Of a DNA stretch of 64,000 nucleotides, positions 46,517 through 56,203 are shown piece by piece. Position numbers and translations under genes: made by a program. The notes beneath the pieces were generated by a model. The model saw nothing but the letters and a program-made list of their open reading frames with translations. It did not search any database and had not been told where the DNA came from. The stretch comes from Spirochaetales bacterium. Its GTDB lineage: Bacteria > Spirochaetota > Spirochaetia > JABMQR01. The stretch covers positions 1,060 through 65,059 of the forward strand of contig JAGYPA010000018.1 in NCBI GenBank assembly GCA_018399255.1, written 5' to 3'. Numbering within the stretch: the stretch's first letter is position 1; every line of letters starts with the position of its first letter.

Positions 46517-46588
46517 TTTTTTCCTCTGTCTGCCGCAGTACTATGAAGAAAAAGAGTTGTATAGCGAAAAGAGTCGGGGAGGATCGAA

Positions 46589-48097
46589 GTGACCGGAGAA
46601 CGCAGGCACAGGCAAACGATATTCATGACTGGAGCTACCGGCCATATGGGGTATGAGACCCTGCGCCTGCTCCTGGAATCGGACAGCTTCGTTATACGGC
46701 TGCTGGCGTTGCCTGACAAAGAAGGGCGCAGAAAACTGAACCCGTACCGCCGCTGCCAGGACCTCACCATCATCTGGGGCGATCTGACCAACTATGCCGA
46801 TGTGCTCGCCGGAGCAGCGGGAGCAGATATTATCCTCCACCTGGGAGCAGTAATTCCCCCGGCATCTGATTATCACCCCGAGCTGGCCAGGAGGGTAAAT
46901 TATCAGGGAACCCTGAATGTGATAGCTGCCGCGAAAGCCCGACCAGACAAGGACTGCCCGAAACTGGTATTTATCGGGACCGTGGCCGAAGCAGGCAGTC
47001 GTCTGCCGCCGGTTCACTGGGGCAGGGTTGGAGATCCCATCCAGGTCAGCCAGTTTGACGCCTACTCAGAGAGCAAAGTCATGGCAGAACGGGCGGTTAT
47101 TGAATCGGGCCTGCCCGGATGGGTATCCCTGAGGCAGACCGCTATGCTGTATCCCGAACTCTTCAGCAAGCTCGATCCCATCATGTTCCACCACCCCCTC
47201 AATACTCACATGGAGTGGGTCACCGTGGGTGATTCAGCCCGGGTTCTGGTCAATCTCTGCCGGAAGCAGGCAGAAGGTTCACTGCCTGACGATTTCTGGT
47301 GCCGCATCTATAACATCGGCGGCGGTGAGAGCTTCCGGAAAACGAATGAAGAATTCATGCAGGCGGGCTTCCGTTCTATGGGTATCAGAGATTTTCACCG
47401 GACGGTCAATCCGAACTGGTTTGCCGCGGGAAATTTTCACGGCTGCTGGTTTCTGGATTCTGACAAGCTCAACCGGATTCTGGATTTTCGCCGGGATACC
47501 TTTGACGGGTTTTTCAAGGAGATGGAAGCCTTAATGCCCCTGAAAAAACGCTTTCTGCGCTTCGCGGCAGCTCTGGCGCCGGCATGGATCATAAAACAGG
47601 CTGTCATGCGGCCGCTGGCTATGGCGCCGGAGGGAACCTTGCATGCGCTGAAACTGCAGCTGATCGAAAGGTGTCAGGCTTTCTGGCCGAATATCGAAAA
47701 CTGGAAGCTTATTCCCTCCAGGTGGAAGCAGATTTTCATCGACCATAATCCCCCTTCATCGGTAATTCTCCACGGGTTTGACGAAAACAAACCTGAAGCG
47801 GCGATAACCCTCGAAGATATTCAGACTGCTGCTGTCTTTCGCGGCGGTACATGCCTTGCAGAATCAATGACGACGGGAGACCTCAGTTATCCGCTCAGGT
47901 GGCGCTGCGGCAGCGGTCATGAATTCTCAGCAACTCCCCGTCTGGTACTTCACAGCGGTCACTGGTGCCCCATCTGCGATATTCAAACCTCAGAATACGC
48001 AAAATCAAGCCGTATCAACCCCTTTCTCCGACAAGTACTTTCTCCATCGCCGGCTCCTGTAAATGCCCGGAACCTCGTCCATAACGTCCGTCCATAA
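46589..48097 (+). CDS. Extended SDR (NAD-dependent epimerase/dehydratase) with C-terminal Zn-ribbon
   Basis: TGATGHMG, WGDLT, YSESK; C-terminal WRCGSGHEF...HWCPIC. Confidence 0.85.
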   Translation: MTGERRHRQTIFMTGATGHMGYETLRLLLESDSFVIRLLALPDKEGRRKLNPYRRCQDLTIIWGDLTNYADVLAGAAGADIILHLGAVIPPASDYHPELARRVNYQGTLNVIAAAKARPDKDCPKLVFIGTVAEAGSRLPPVHWGRVGDPIQVSQFDAYSESKVMAERAVIESGLPGWVSLRQTAMLYPELFSKLDPIMFHHPLNTHMEWVTVGDSARVLVNLCRKQAEGSLPDDFWCRIYNIGGGESFRKTNEEFMQAGFRSMGIRDFHRTVNPNWFAAGNFHGCWFLDSDKLNRILDFRRDTFDGFFKEMEALMPLKKRFLRFAAALAPAWIIKQAVMRPLAMAPEGTLHALKLQLIERCQAFWPNIENWKLIPSRWKQIFIDHNPPSSVILHGFDENKPEAAITLEDIQTAAVFRGGTCLAESMTTGDLSYPLRWRCGSGHEFSATPRLVLHSGHWCPICDIQTSEYAKSSRINPFLRQVLSPSPAPVNARNLVHNVRP

Positions 48098-48202
48098 CCC
48101 CTCCAACATATGATATACTGATACCGAGACATTTTTAAAAAACGGCCGGAACCTGCATTATGTTCTGACTCATATACTGTCTTGTCATGCAAAGGAGGTA
48201 TC

Positions 48203-49231
48203 ATGCGGATACAGGAGTGGGGAAAAGCAGTCGGGGATTCTGTGGGATCTGTCTTTTTCGGCAGCCGACAGGCTGTTGAGCAGATTCTGGCGGCAGTACT
48301 GTGCAGGGGGCATGTGCTTATCGAAGATGTGCCGGGAGTGGGCAAAACAATTCTTGCGCGGGCGGCTGCAGCCAGCCTGGGAGGGACATTTGCACGGATT
48401 CAGTGCACTCCCGACTTGATGCCAACCGATATCATCGGTGTTTCGGTCTACAATCCGGCTGACGGCAAGTTCACGTTTCGTCCGGGACCGATCGAAGCGA
48501 ACGTGGTACTGGTTGATGAGATTAACCGGGCTACCCCGCGCACTCAGTCAGCGCTGCTCGAAGCAATGGCGGAAGGCCAGATTTCAATCGACCATGAAGT
48601 CCGGAAGCTGCCGGATCCTTTTCTGGTGCTGGCCACCGAGAATCCGATCGACTTTGAGGGAACCTACCCCCTGCCGGAAGCCCAGAAAGATCGCTTTTTC
48701 CTCTCCCTGTCGCTCGGCTACCCGTCCGGAGATGCTGAAATGCTCATACTGGAAGCGCAAAATCATTCTCTTTCCCACCCTGTCGAGAATTTGACGGCAG
48801 TCTCTCTCCCTGAGGACGTTCTGGCTCTGCAAAACCAGGTGCTGGAAGTGTATGTGAGTACAGAACTGCGCCGCTATATACTCGGCCTGACAGCAGCGAC
48901 CCGTGAGAGCTCCCTCCTCAAGCTCGGGGTTTCCCCCAGAGGAAGTCTGGCGTTATTTCACGGAGCACAGGCACTTGCTGCACTCCGTGGACGGGATTTT
49001 GTTATCCCGGAGGATATCAGGGAGCTGGCTCTTCCTGTCTTTGCCAAACGCATAATCCTTATGCCGGATCAGGCCATGAAAGGCATGACTGAGGAGATTG
49101 TTATTCGCCGCTGTATGGAGCAGGTTCCCGTACCTGTCCCGGGAAAACCTCGCAATCCGGTAAACCCGCCCGAACCTGAAAACCCTGGCAACTCTGGCAG
49201 TTCTCTTAATTCCGGTAAGGTCGATGTCTAA
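48203..49231 (+). CDS. MoxR-family AAA+ ATPase
   Basis: EDVPGVGKT, RIQCTPDLMPTD, DEINRATPRTQSALLEAM, ATENP, LPEAQKDRF. Confidence 0.95.
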   Translation: MRIQEWGKAVGDSVGSVFFGSRQAVEQILAAVLCRGHVLIEDVPGVGKTILARAAAASLGGTFARIQCTPDLMPTDIIGVSVYNPADGKFTFRPGPIEANVVLVDEINRATPRTQSALLEAMAEGQISIDHEVRKLPDPFLVLATENPIDFEGTYPLPEAQKDRFFLSLSLGYPSGDAEMLILEAQNHSLSHPVENLTAVSLPEDVLALQNQVLEVYVSTELRRYILGLTAATRESSLLKLGVSPRGSLALFHGAQALAALRGRDFVIPEDIRELALPVFAKRIILMPDQAMKGMTEEIVIRRCMEQVPVPVPGKPRNPVNPPEPENPGNSGSSLNSGKVDV

Positions 49232-50510
49232 AAAAATGACCGGCGGTGTGCTGCTGGCAGTCGCAGCTCTGCTGTTCCTGCCCTTCAGAATGGGACAGGT
49301 GCTTGCATTCGCCGATCTTATTATTATGCTCTTTTCTTATGCCTGGTCGTCAGCCGCCAGGACTTCACTGACTGCAGCAAGAGAGCTGAACATAGTACGA
49401 ATTGACGCCTATCACACTGTCAGCCTCGTAACAATCCTGAAAAACAGCAGCCGCATCCCCTTTCCCGGGATAAAATATACCGATTCCGCTCCGGATCTTT
49501 TTTTCAGCACGCCGCCGACGGCATTGCTGCATATTCCGGGCAAACGGGAGATCACGGTCAGCAGTCGGCTGCAGGGGTATCGACGGGGAGTCTACCAGGC
49601 AGGACCGATGGAACTGTCAGGCAGCGATCCGCTGGGATTGTTTCCCTGGAAAAAAAAGCTGCCGAATACGCAAGTTTCGGTAGTAATCTACCCCGAGATT
49701 ATTCCCCTCGCCAAACCCTTCAGCATTCAGCGGGGAAGGATAGGCGGAAGCTCACGTACCACTGATAAAGCTTATGAGGATGTAAGCCGCTATCTCGGGA
49801 TGCGGGACTACCAACCGGGAGATCCTTTCAGGATTATCAACTGGAAAGCTTCGGCTCGCCGTGGAAAACTCCAGACTATGGATTACGAGCGGACCATCCA
49901 TGCTCCCGCCTGGGTAATATTGGATACTGCCCGCGAAGCATACCCGGAACGGCATCGGGAAGCATGGATTGAACGGGCAATTTCCGCTGTCGCCTCAATC
50001 TGCACAGCCTATGGAGCCGTGGGGCAGCCGATCGGTCTTCTCTGCAGCGGAACGACTCCATCAGCAGAAATCGCGAATTATTATGAAATACTCCCTGAAA
50101 GCGATAAAGCACCACCCCCATCCCCTCTCCTGCTGCAGCCGGGAGCCGGAAGCGGCCAGATCGAGGCTATTCTTTCTCTTCTTGCTTCCCTCTCTCCTGC
50201 AAAAGCTTACCGGAAGCTGCTGGAGAGTTTTATGCTGCTCCGGGCTGAGACATCATTGCATATCCCGGTCTCACCTGCGGGTGAACGGATCTTCTATATC
50301 GGACCGACGCTGTTTAATGAAGAGCGCACACGGATGATATTCCTCCGTAAACGAGGAGCTGCTGTTGATTATCACCCGGCCGCCTCCCGTTTTGAAGATG
50401 ATACCGAACTCAGAGCCAGCGGTGTTGCCATTTCCCCGCTGATAGAATACGGGCCGGATCTTTTCCGCGCGCAGCTGCTGCCGGCAAGCAGAAAGGAAGC
50501 TGTTCTATGA
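49224..50510 (+). CDS. DUF58 domain protein
   Basis: RRGVY...DPLGLF, RDYQPGDPFRIINWKASAR; follows MoxR. Confidence 0.88.
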   Translation: MSKKMTGGVLLAVAALLFLPFRMGQVLAFADLIIMLFSYAWSSAARTSLTAARELNIVRIDAYHTVSLVTILKNSSRIPFPGIKYTDSAPDLFFSTPPTALLHIPGKREITVSSRLQGYRRGVYQAGPMELSGSDPLGLFPWKKKLPNTQVSVVIYPEIIPLAKPFSIQRGRIGGSSRTTDKAYEDVSRYLGMRDYQPGDPFRIINWKASARRGKLQTMDYERTIHAPAWVILDTAREAYPERHREAWIERAISAVASICTAYGAVGQPIGLLCSGTTPSAEIANYYEILPESDKAPPPSPLLLQPGAGSGQIEAILSLLASLSPAKAYRKLLESFMLLRAETSLHIPVSPAGERIFYIGPTLFNEERTRMIFLRKRGAAVDYHPAASRFEDDTELRASGVAISPLIEYGPDLFRAQLLPASRKEAVL

Positions 50511-52165
50511 CGAAGCACCCACGAAAAGAACAGGAACCAACTGTCAGCCTCATACCTGAAACCGATGCCCCCCTGAAGGCAGCCGCTATGATTTTTCCAT
50601 TTCTCACCACTGTTTTCGCCCTGATCATTATCGATAGTGCGGGAAACGGGTCATTTTTTCCTGCTCTCGAAATCGGTATCGGAATCTCGGCCGTCATCGC
50701 TATTCTCGAGCGAGTTTCCAGCAGCTGGATGCAGGCATCCCGTGAAAGCACGGCTATGGAAATACGAAGGCAGATCCTGGGTTTGGCGGCCGTTCTCGGT
50801 ATCAGTCTGCTATCAGCCCCACCCCGTTTAACCTCATTGACCCCTTTGACCCCATTAACCCCTGGTCTGGCACTTTTCTCCCTCTATGCTGTTCAGTGGC
50901 TTATCACCAGCTCTATGGGCAAACTGGGGAAAACCCTGCCGATACTGCGTCAGTACGCAGCCCGCGGTCAGGGAGCAGCCCTTGTCGGGCACATGCGGGA
51001 GATAAGCGACGAGTCAGGAGAATTTTTCCGTGACTGCCGACGATCAACTGTTTTTTCCGGACTCCTTCTGCTGGTTCAGTTTTCAGCCGCTGCGGCAGTG
51101 CAGTTTTCGGGGTATCAAACGCCGATAATCCTTTCTCTCCTGCTCGGCCTGTCCATGATCTCCTTTTTTATCTTGAGAATGCTGATTTTACTGCTAGCTG
51201 ACAGACATCACCTGCTGCAGGAGGGAATAAGGCTGGGCAGCAGGAATGACAGTCTCCGTCCGCTTATTGGTTCGGGAATAATTGCTGCGGGGTGTTTTCT
51301 GGCCCTGATTATTGCCTCTGAAGATGCTGTAATTCCTCCAGATGAACTTTTGGCCTGGCTGGCGCGCCTGCTGAGCAGCATCCGATGGAAACAGTCAGTT
51401 GTTATGCCGCCGGAGGTGCTCTCCTCACCGGTATTTACACCATCGCCTGCTGCCGGACTGCTCGGTGAACTTTCTGCCGGAAAACCGGTAATCCGTTTGG
51501 ACCTCCTCCTGAGGTATTTTGGAATCGGTGCGGCGGCCGTGCTTTTTCTGATAATCATGAAGCCGTTTCTTACGGCAACGTTCTACCGTTCAATACGCCA
51601 ATATTCCCTGTTCGCCCGTCTATTGGCCGTCTGCAGACGCGTTCAGGGACTCCTTGCCCGCATAGTCTCCGAACTTTTCCAGCTCAAAAAAGCTTTTAAT
51701 ACGCCATCGCAAAACGGGAAGCTGGAGGATCCTTACAAGATTCAGCTTTCAGCTCTGCTCCAGCAGCAGAAAAGCTCCGCAAAAAAACGACGCCAGATGA
51801 GTGCAGTGATCAGAATGTTTGTCAGGCTTATCGAGGCGGCTCGAAGTGCCGGTATAGCCTGCAGCCCGTCAGATGCGCCAGGTGACTTCCTTACCAGAAT
51901 AGAAAAAGCCGTCGCGAACGATGACAGAACAGCACTGACTGCCGCTGCCGTACGCAGGGTAAAGAATACGCTGAATATTCTTTTATATTCCAGCCGGCAG
52001 CTGTCTCCGCAGGAGATGAAGAGTCTGCTCAAAGACTTGCAAAGCCTCTCCAGATTTGCTGCAGGCAGCTGTGCCAAGGGTTCATCTGCAGGCTCTACAG
52101 CAGGTTCACCTGCCGGTTCATCTGCTGAGCATGAAAAATCCCCTCGAGAACAAGATCCGGAATAA
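50507..52165 (+). CDS. Multi-TM membrane protein of the MoxR/DUF58 operon (DUF4129-like C-terminus)
   Basis: Start overlaps the DUF58 stop. Several TM helices and a soluble helical C-terminal region. Confidence 0.65.
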   Translation: MTKHPRKEQEPTVSLIPETDAPLKAAAMIFPFLTTVFALIIIDSAGNGSFFPALEIGIGISAVIAILERVSSSWMQASRESTAMEIRRQILGLAAVLGISLLSAPPRLTSLTPLTPLTPGLALFSLYAVQWLITSSMGKLGKTLPILRQYAARGQGAALVGHMREISDESGEFFRDCRRSTVFSGLLLLVQFSAAAAVQFSGYQTPIILSLLLGLSMISFFILRMLILLLADRHHLLQEGIRLGSRNDSLRPLIGSGIIAAGCFLALIIASEDAVIPPDELLAWLARLLSSIRWKQSVVMPPEVLSSPVFTPSPAAGLLGELSAGKPVIRLDLLLRYFGIGAAAVLFLIIMKPFLTATFYRSIRQYSLFARLLAVCRRVQGLLARIVSELFQLKKAFNTPSQNGKLEDPYKIQLSALLQQQKSSAKKRRQMSAVIRMFVRLIEAARSAGIACSPSDAPGDFLTRIEKAVANDDRTALTAAAVRRVKNTLNILLYSSRQLSPQEMKSLLKDLQSLSRFAAGSCAKGSSAGSTAGSPAGSSAEHEKSPREQDPE

Positions 52166-52889
52166 TCTCATCAAAGAGCCCCGCATCCCAGAAAAGAGAA
52201 GAAAATCCGCCCGTAGCCAGCACTTTAGGCGGCTTATCGCGGAAATTCTCGCGGGTCAGCCGCGATACTATCTCTCGGGCAGCCCCCAGATTACTGTAGT
52301 ACAATCCCGACTGGATACTCTCTTCAGTGGTCTGCCCGCACACCCTGGCCGGCTGAACAATTTCCACCTTGGGAAGCTTGGCTGTGTGCTCTTCCAGGGC
52401 CTGCATGGACAAACGCAGCCCGGGCAGAATAACTCCGCCAAGATAGACTTTTCCCGCTGAAACCACATCGTAGGTAGTTGCAGTGCCGAAATCGGCTATG
52501 ATGAGATTCTCACCCGGATAGCGCCTTGTCCCGCCGATGGCGTTGGCAATCCGGTCGGCCCCTACCGACTGTGGGTTCTTATAGGCAATCTTGAGCCCGG
52601 TTTTCACCCCGCTCCTGAGCACAAACGGTTCCTGCCTGAAATATCGCCGACAGCTGTTAATCATGGCATGATTCAGGTCGGGAACAACTGATCCATAGGC
52701 TATAGCCGATACCGCGTCGGGATCGAACCCGTTTTCCCGTATGGCACTGCGTAAAAAGAGCCCCATCTCATCGGAAGATACCATCTGATCGGAGACCTTC
52801 CTGAACTGCAGCACCAGTTCGCCTTCCCGGTAGAGTCCGCAGAAAATTTGCGAATTTCCGGCATCAATACATAATACCATAGTGTTCAT
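52095..52889 (-). CDS. coaX: Type III pantothenate kinase
   Basis: IDAGNS, SVVP, VGADRIAN, DFGTATT, GGVILPG, ATGG. Confidence 0.93.
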   Translation of the reverse strand: MNTMVLCIDAGNSQIFCGLYREGELVLQFRKVSDQMVSSDEMGLFLRSAIRENGFDPDAVSAIAYGSVVPDLNHAMINSCRRYFRQEPFVLRSGVKTGLKIAYKNPQSVGADRIANAIGGTRRYPGENLIIADFGTATTYDVVSAGKVYLGGVILPGLRLSMQALEEHTAKLPKVEIVQPARVCGQTTEESIQSGLYYSNLGAAREIVSRLTRENFRDKPPKVLATGGFSSLFWDAGLFDEIIPDLVLEGIFHAQQMNRQVNLL

Positions 52890-53638
52890 CACTCCTGCCG
52901 GTGCATTTCTTCTGCCAGCCGGGCTGTATAGCGTTCGAGATGCCGGTAGAGCATCTCCTTTGTCGTAACCTCTTCCATGAGCGTTCCGTTCCCCAGGTAA
53001 ATTGAAGCCTCATGCACCCCTTCTTCCCCGATCCGTCCGAGATCGTTGTGGACCAGCAGATCGCAGTCAACCTCGTCCAGAAGCTGGTCGACAGCCTGTT
53101 TCTGCTCCGCAGTATTCGGGGTGTTTGTCAGCTTGAAGCCCACAAGAATCAGCTTCCGGTAACCTGCATACCCCCGGATGGCTGCAATAATCTTGTGGTT
53201 GCGTTTAAAGTTCACACTGAGAAATTCAGGGGCTGATGAAATTTTACCGTCATCTCCCGGAATCAGATCTGCCCCATCGGGTATGCTGATGGATATCGGG
53301 CTGTAATCGCTAACCGCAGCAAGATGCACAACCGTCTCTATTGTATCATCAGCCAGCAGCAGCTGATGAATTTCACGATCCAGATCACGGAAGGTTCTGT
53401 AGCGGACAGTCCGGATGGAGCCATGCGAGGAACCGCGACCCCCAATACGGCTGCTTTTCGCCAGGGCGGTCATATCAGGCAGGGCAGCATGATACCCGTG
53501 CAGCAGCAGCACATCATGCCCTCCGGCAGCAAGGTAAGCAGCCAGTCCGGCACCAGTCTTTCCGGTTGAGAAATTGGTAATATAGCGCACGCCGTCGAGA
53601 GGCTCTTCGGTTCCTCCGGAGGTTATGAGATATTTCAT
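52889..53638 (-). CDS. coaB: Phosphopantothenate-cysteine ligase (stand-alone CoaB)
   Basis: ITSGGTEEPLDGVRYITNFSTGKTG, AAVSDY, GFKL. Confidence 0.88.
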   Translation of the reverse strand: MKYLITSGGTEEPLDGVRYITNFSTGKTGAGLAAYLAAGGHDVLLLHGYHAALPDMTALAKSSRIGGRGSSHGSIRTVRYRTFRDLDREIHQLLLADDTIETVVHLAAVSDYSPISISIPDGADLIPGDDGKISSAPEFLSVNFKRNHKIIAAIRGYAGYRKLILVGFKLTNTPNTAEQKQAVDQLLDEVDCDLLVHNDLGRIGEEGVHEASIYLGNGTLMEEVTTKEMLYRHLERYTARLAEEMHRQE

Positions 53639-54207
53639 GTCTCTGCCCGAAAATCCTCGATTAAGGCGAGCATAGTCTCGGGTTCAGCCAGACGGCCCGA
53701 ACCTACCTCTCCGCAGGCCAGAAGTCCTGCATCAGGATCGATGATCCGGGCACCCCAGCCTGCTAGAATATCAAGGTTCTCCCGGGTTGCCGGGTGCTCG
53801 AGCATGCTGCTGTTCATTGCCGGAGCAATCCAGAAAGGAACTTTGAAGTTGTTGGCAAGAAAGACAGCGCTTATGAGGTCTTCGGCCAGTCCCATCCTGA
53901 GGCGGGCCAGGGTTGCAGCCGATGCCGGATAAATGAGAATGAGATCGGCCCAGCGGGCTAATTCAATATGGGCGATTTCCGAAGAGTCGGCAAACATATC
54001 GGTCTGCAGCATACGCCGGGTTATCCCCTCCAATGCGGCAGGGCCGATAAACTGGAGGGCAGATTTCGTAGCTGCACACTGAACAAGATAATCTTTCTTC
54101 ACCAGGGCGGAGGCCAGGCTGGCCGCTTTATAGGCTGATATGGAGCCGGTTACCCCCAGCAGAATTCTCGTTTTCGGTTTATAGGGGTCCTTGTGTTCGT
54201 TTGGCAT
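53635..54207 (-). CDS. coaC: Phosphopantothenoylcysteine decarboxylase (stand-alone CoaC)
   Basis: GVTGSISAYK, HIELARWAD, APAMN, LACGEVGSGRL. Confidence 0.9.
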   Translation of the reverse strand: MPNEHKDPYKPKTRILLGVTGSISAYKAASLASALVKKDYLVQCAATKSALQFIGPAALEGITRRMLQTDMFADSSEIAHIELARWADLILIYPASAATLARLRMGLAEDLISAVFLANNFKVPFWIAPAMNSSMLEHPATRENLDILAGWGARIIDPDAGLLACGEVGSGRLAEPETMLALIEDFRAET

Positions 54208-54970
54208 TGTCTATTAACCTCACTTTTCCAAGATATGCAGCTGCCAGAAGGCGGCTTCCTAGTTCAGGATCGTTAAAGATTTCCACATACTCGACTCTGA
54301 AACCGGCGGTCTCGAGCTCTTCTTTTATCGCCTCGATCGTACGGTCTGAACTCAGCAGCTGGTGCAGCAGGGGAGCTTTCTCAAGTTCATCAGAGGTCAG
54401 ACGCCCATTTCGTGAACTGAGGGCAAGCCCTGAGGGTTCCCGCACCGTGGGACAGGATACAATCTCGGTATCAATCAGAAACGCTTCAGCCATTCTCTTC
54501 ACCAGGACATACTGCTGCCAATCCTTTTCTCCCATATACATCCGGCTGGCATGACTGATAAGAAGCAGCTTAAGGACAATGGTCAAAACCCCCTCAAAAT
54601 GGCCGGGACGATATTTTCCGCAATATTCTCTCGAGAGAGCTTTTTCGGTTACCGCATAGGTGTAGTTGTCCGGATACATGCTCTCGGCCTGCGGGGCAAA
54701 GAGCAGATCGGTACCGACTTTCTCGAGCAGGCTGATATCTTCGTCCAGCGTTACGGGATACCGGGTGAGATCCTCCCGGTTGTCAAACTGTGAAGGGTTA
54801 ACGAAGATGCTGGCTGCGGCTATCTGATTCTCCTCTCGCGCTCTCTGAAGCAGACTCCGATGTCCGGCATGGAGGGCTCCCATGGTCGGTACAATACCGA
54901 TGCTGTCTCCCTTCCGGCGATAATCCCGCAGTATCTGCTGCCATTTCTGCGGCTCTCTTACAATATCCAT
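54179..54970 (-). CDS. panC: Pantoate-beta-alanine ligase
   Basis: VPTMGALHAGH, FVNPSQF, RPGHFEGV, GEKDWQQ, GLALSSRN, VRLIDN. Confidence 0.96.
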   Translation of the reverse strand: MDIVREPQKWQQILRDYRRKGDSIGIVPTMGALHAGHRSLLQRAREENQIAAASIFVNPSQFDNREDLTRYPVTLDEDISLLEKVGTDLLFAPQAESMYPDNYTYAVTEKALSREYCGKYRPGHFEGVLTIVLKLLLISHASRMYMGEKDWQQYVLVKRMAEAFLIDTEIVSCPTVREPSGLALSSRNGRLTSDELEKAPLLHQLLSSDRTIEAIKEELETAGFRVEYVEIFNDPELGSRLLAAAYLGKVRLIDNAKRTQGPL

Positions 54971-55878
54971 CAGGTATAGCTCTCCGCTTCATCGGGAAAT
55001 GCCCTGGTAAGAATGTCCTTGTGAAAATTCTCCAAAGCTTCATGCATGAGGGCAGCCCCATCCAGGTATTTTCTGACAAATCTGGGAGTTTTGCCGGGAG
55101 TAAGTCCCAGCAAGTCGTGCAGCACAAGAACCTGGCCGTCGACCCCGCTGCCGGCACCGATTCCTATTACAGGAACCGTCAGCTTTTCTGCCATCTCACT
55201 TCCCAGCTCTTCAGGGACGCATTCCAGAACAATTGCAAAGCATCCGGCCTCTTCAAGGCGCCGGGCATCTTCAATCAGTTTTTCGCGGGCATCGCCTGCC
55301 CTTCCCTGTACCCGGTATCCTCCAAAGCTGTTGACTGACTGGGGGGTGAGACCAAGATGGCCCATAACCGGCACGCCTGACCTGACAAGCAGCTCAATGG
55401 CAGCAAGACTGCCCCCGTAACCTTCGACAGCTCCCTCAAGCTTGACGGCATTGGCTCCTGCCTGCATCAGGGTCCGTGCATGGGATACAATACTATCGAT
55501 ACTTCCCACCTCGGTCATGAACGGCATATCGCCGATGACAAAGGCCTGCGGAGCTCCGCGCCGCACGGCGGCTATATGAAGCGCCATCATGTCCACGGTC
55601 GCCGGAAGAGTTGATGCATAGCCGTGCATCACCATAGCGCCGCTGTCCCCGACAAGTATGCAGTCAATATCGGTTTCGGCAATAATCGAGGCGCTCCAAT
55701 AGTCATAGCAGGTGACCATGGAAATCGGGATATTCTTCTGTTTTCTGCTGATAAATTCCGGGGCCGTTATCCGGCTGCGATGACGGGCAGCCGGGGCGCC
55801 GGAGGCTGGAAGGTTGGAAACTGGCGAACCGGAAGATTCCTGTTTTGCATCCCGGTTCTGTAATTCGGATGAATTCAT
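54970..55878 (-). CDS. panB: 3-methyl-2-oxobutanoate hydroxymethyltransferase
   Basis: ILVGDS, GDMPF, AVKLEG, GHLGLTPQ, IGIGAG, DGQVLV. Confidence 0.96.
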   Translation of the reverse strand: MNSSELQNRDAKQESSGSPVSNLPASGAPAARHRSRITAPEFISRKQKNIPISMVTCYDYWSASIIAETDIDCILVGDSGAMVMHGYASTLPATVDMMALHIAAVRRGAPQAFVIGDMPFMTEVGSIDSIVSHARTLMQAGANAVKLEGAVEGYGGSLAAIELLVRSGVPVMGHLGLTPQSVNSFGGYRVQGRAGDAREKLIEDARRLEEAGCFAIVLECVPEELGSEMAEKLTVPVIGIGAGSGVDGQVLVLHDLLGLTPGKTPRFVRKYLDGAALMHEALENFHKDILTRAFPDEAESYT

Positions 55879-55880
55879 GG

Positions 55881-55971
55881 GGTACCTGTCCTTTGGATCA
55901 AGTCCTGTTTTTATTCGGCTGGTATGTTCAGAAAGAAACCCTGGTGGTCGGTGTGCACAAGCATCACCGCC
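55881..55971 (-). ncRNA. pan-RNA-motif-like cis-regulatory leader (two stems, each with two bulged A)
   Basis: GG-CGGUG-A-UGC(UUGU)GCA-CACCG-A-CC and GG-ACUUG-A-UCC(AAA)GGA-CAGGU-A-CC, directly upstream of panB. Confidence 0.7.
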
Positions 55972-56061
55972 GGCTGCTCCTCAACTACTCGCGCCTGCAT
56001 TATCATACAACGAAACAGCGGATGGCTGTCAACCATCCTGCAGATCAGATAGGAAAACAAT

Positions 56062-56181
56062 TTGTATCAGTACAATTGTCTGACAAATTATATGGAATTT
56101 CAGTTTTTTATCGATATTCCGGTTGATATTTTGTAGATATATGCTATTGTATCACTGGAATTTCTTATTGTTTCAATACAA
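56062..56181. promoter_or_regulatory. Three putative GntR operators
   Basis: TTGTATCAGTACAA (56062), TTGTATCACTGGAA (56147), TTGTTTCAATACAA (56168). Confidence 0.6.
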
Positions 56182-56203
56182 TGAATACAATCAGGAGGAA
56201 TCT

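Noticed and set aside
48203-52165. MoxR-DUF58-membrane protein operon as a novel system
   Set aside because: This is a widespread, previously described gene arrangement with nothing unusual beyond the 3' overlap.
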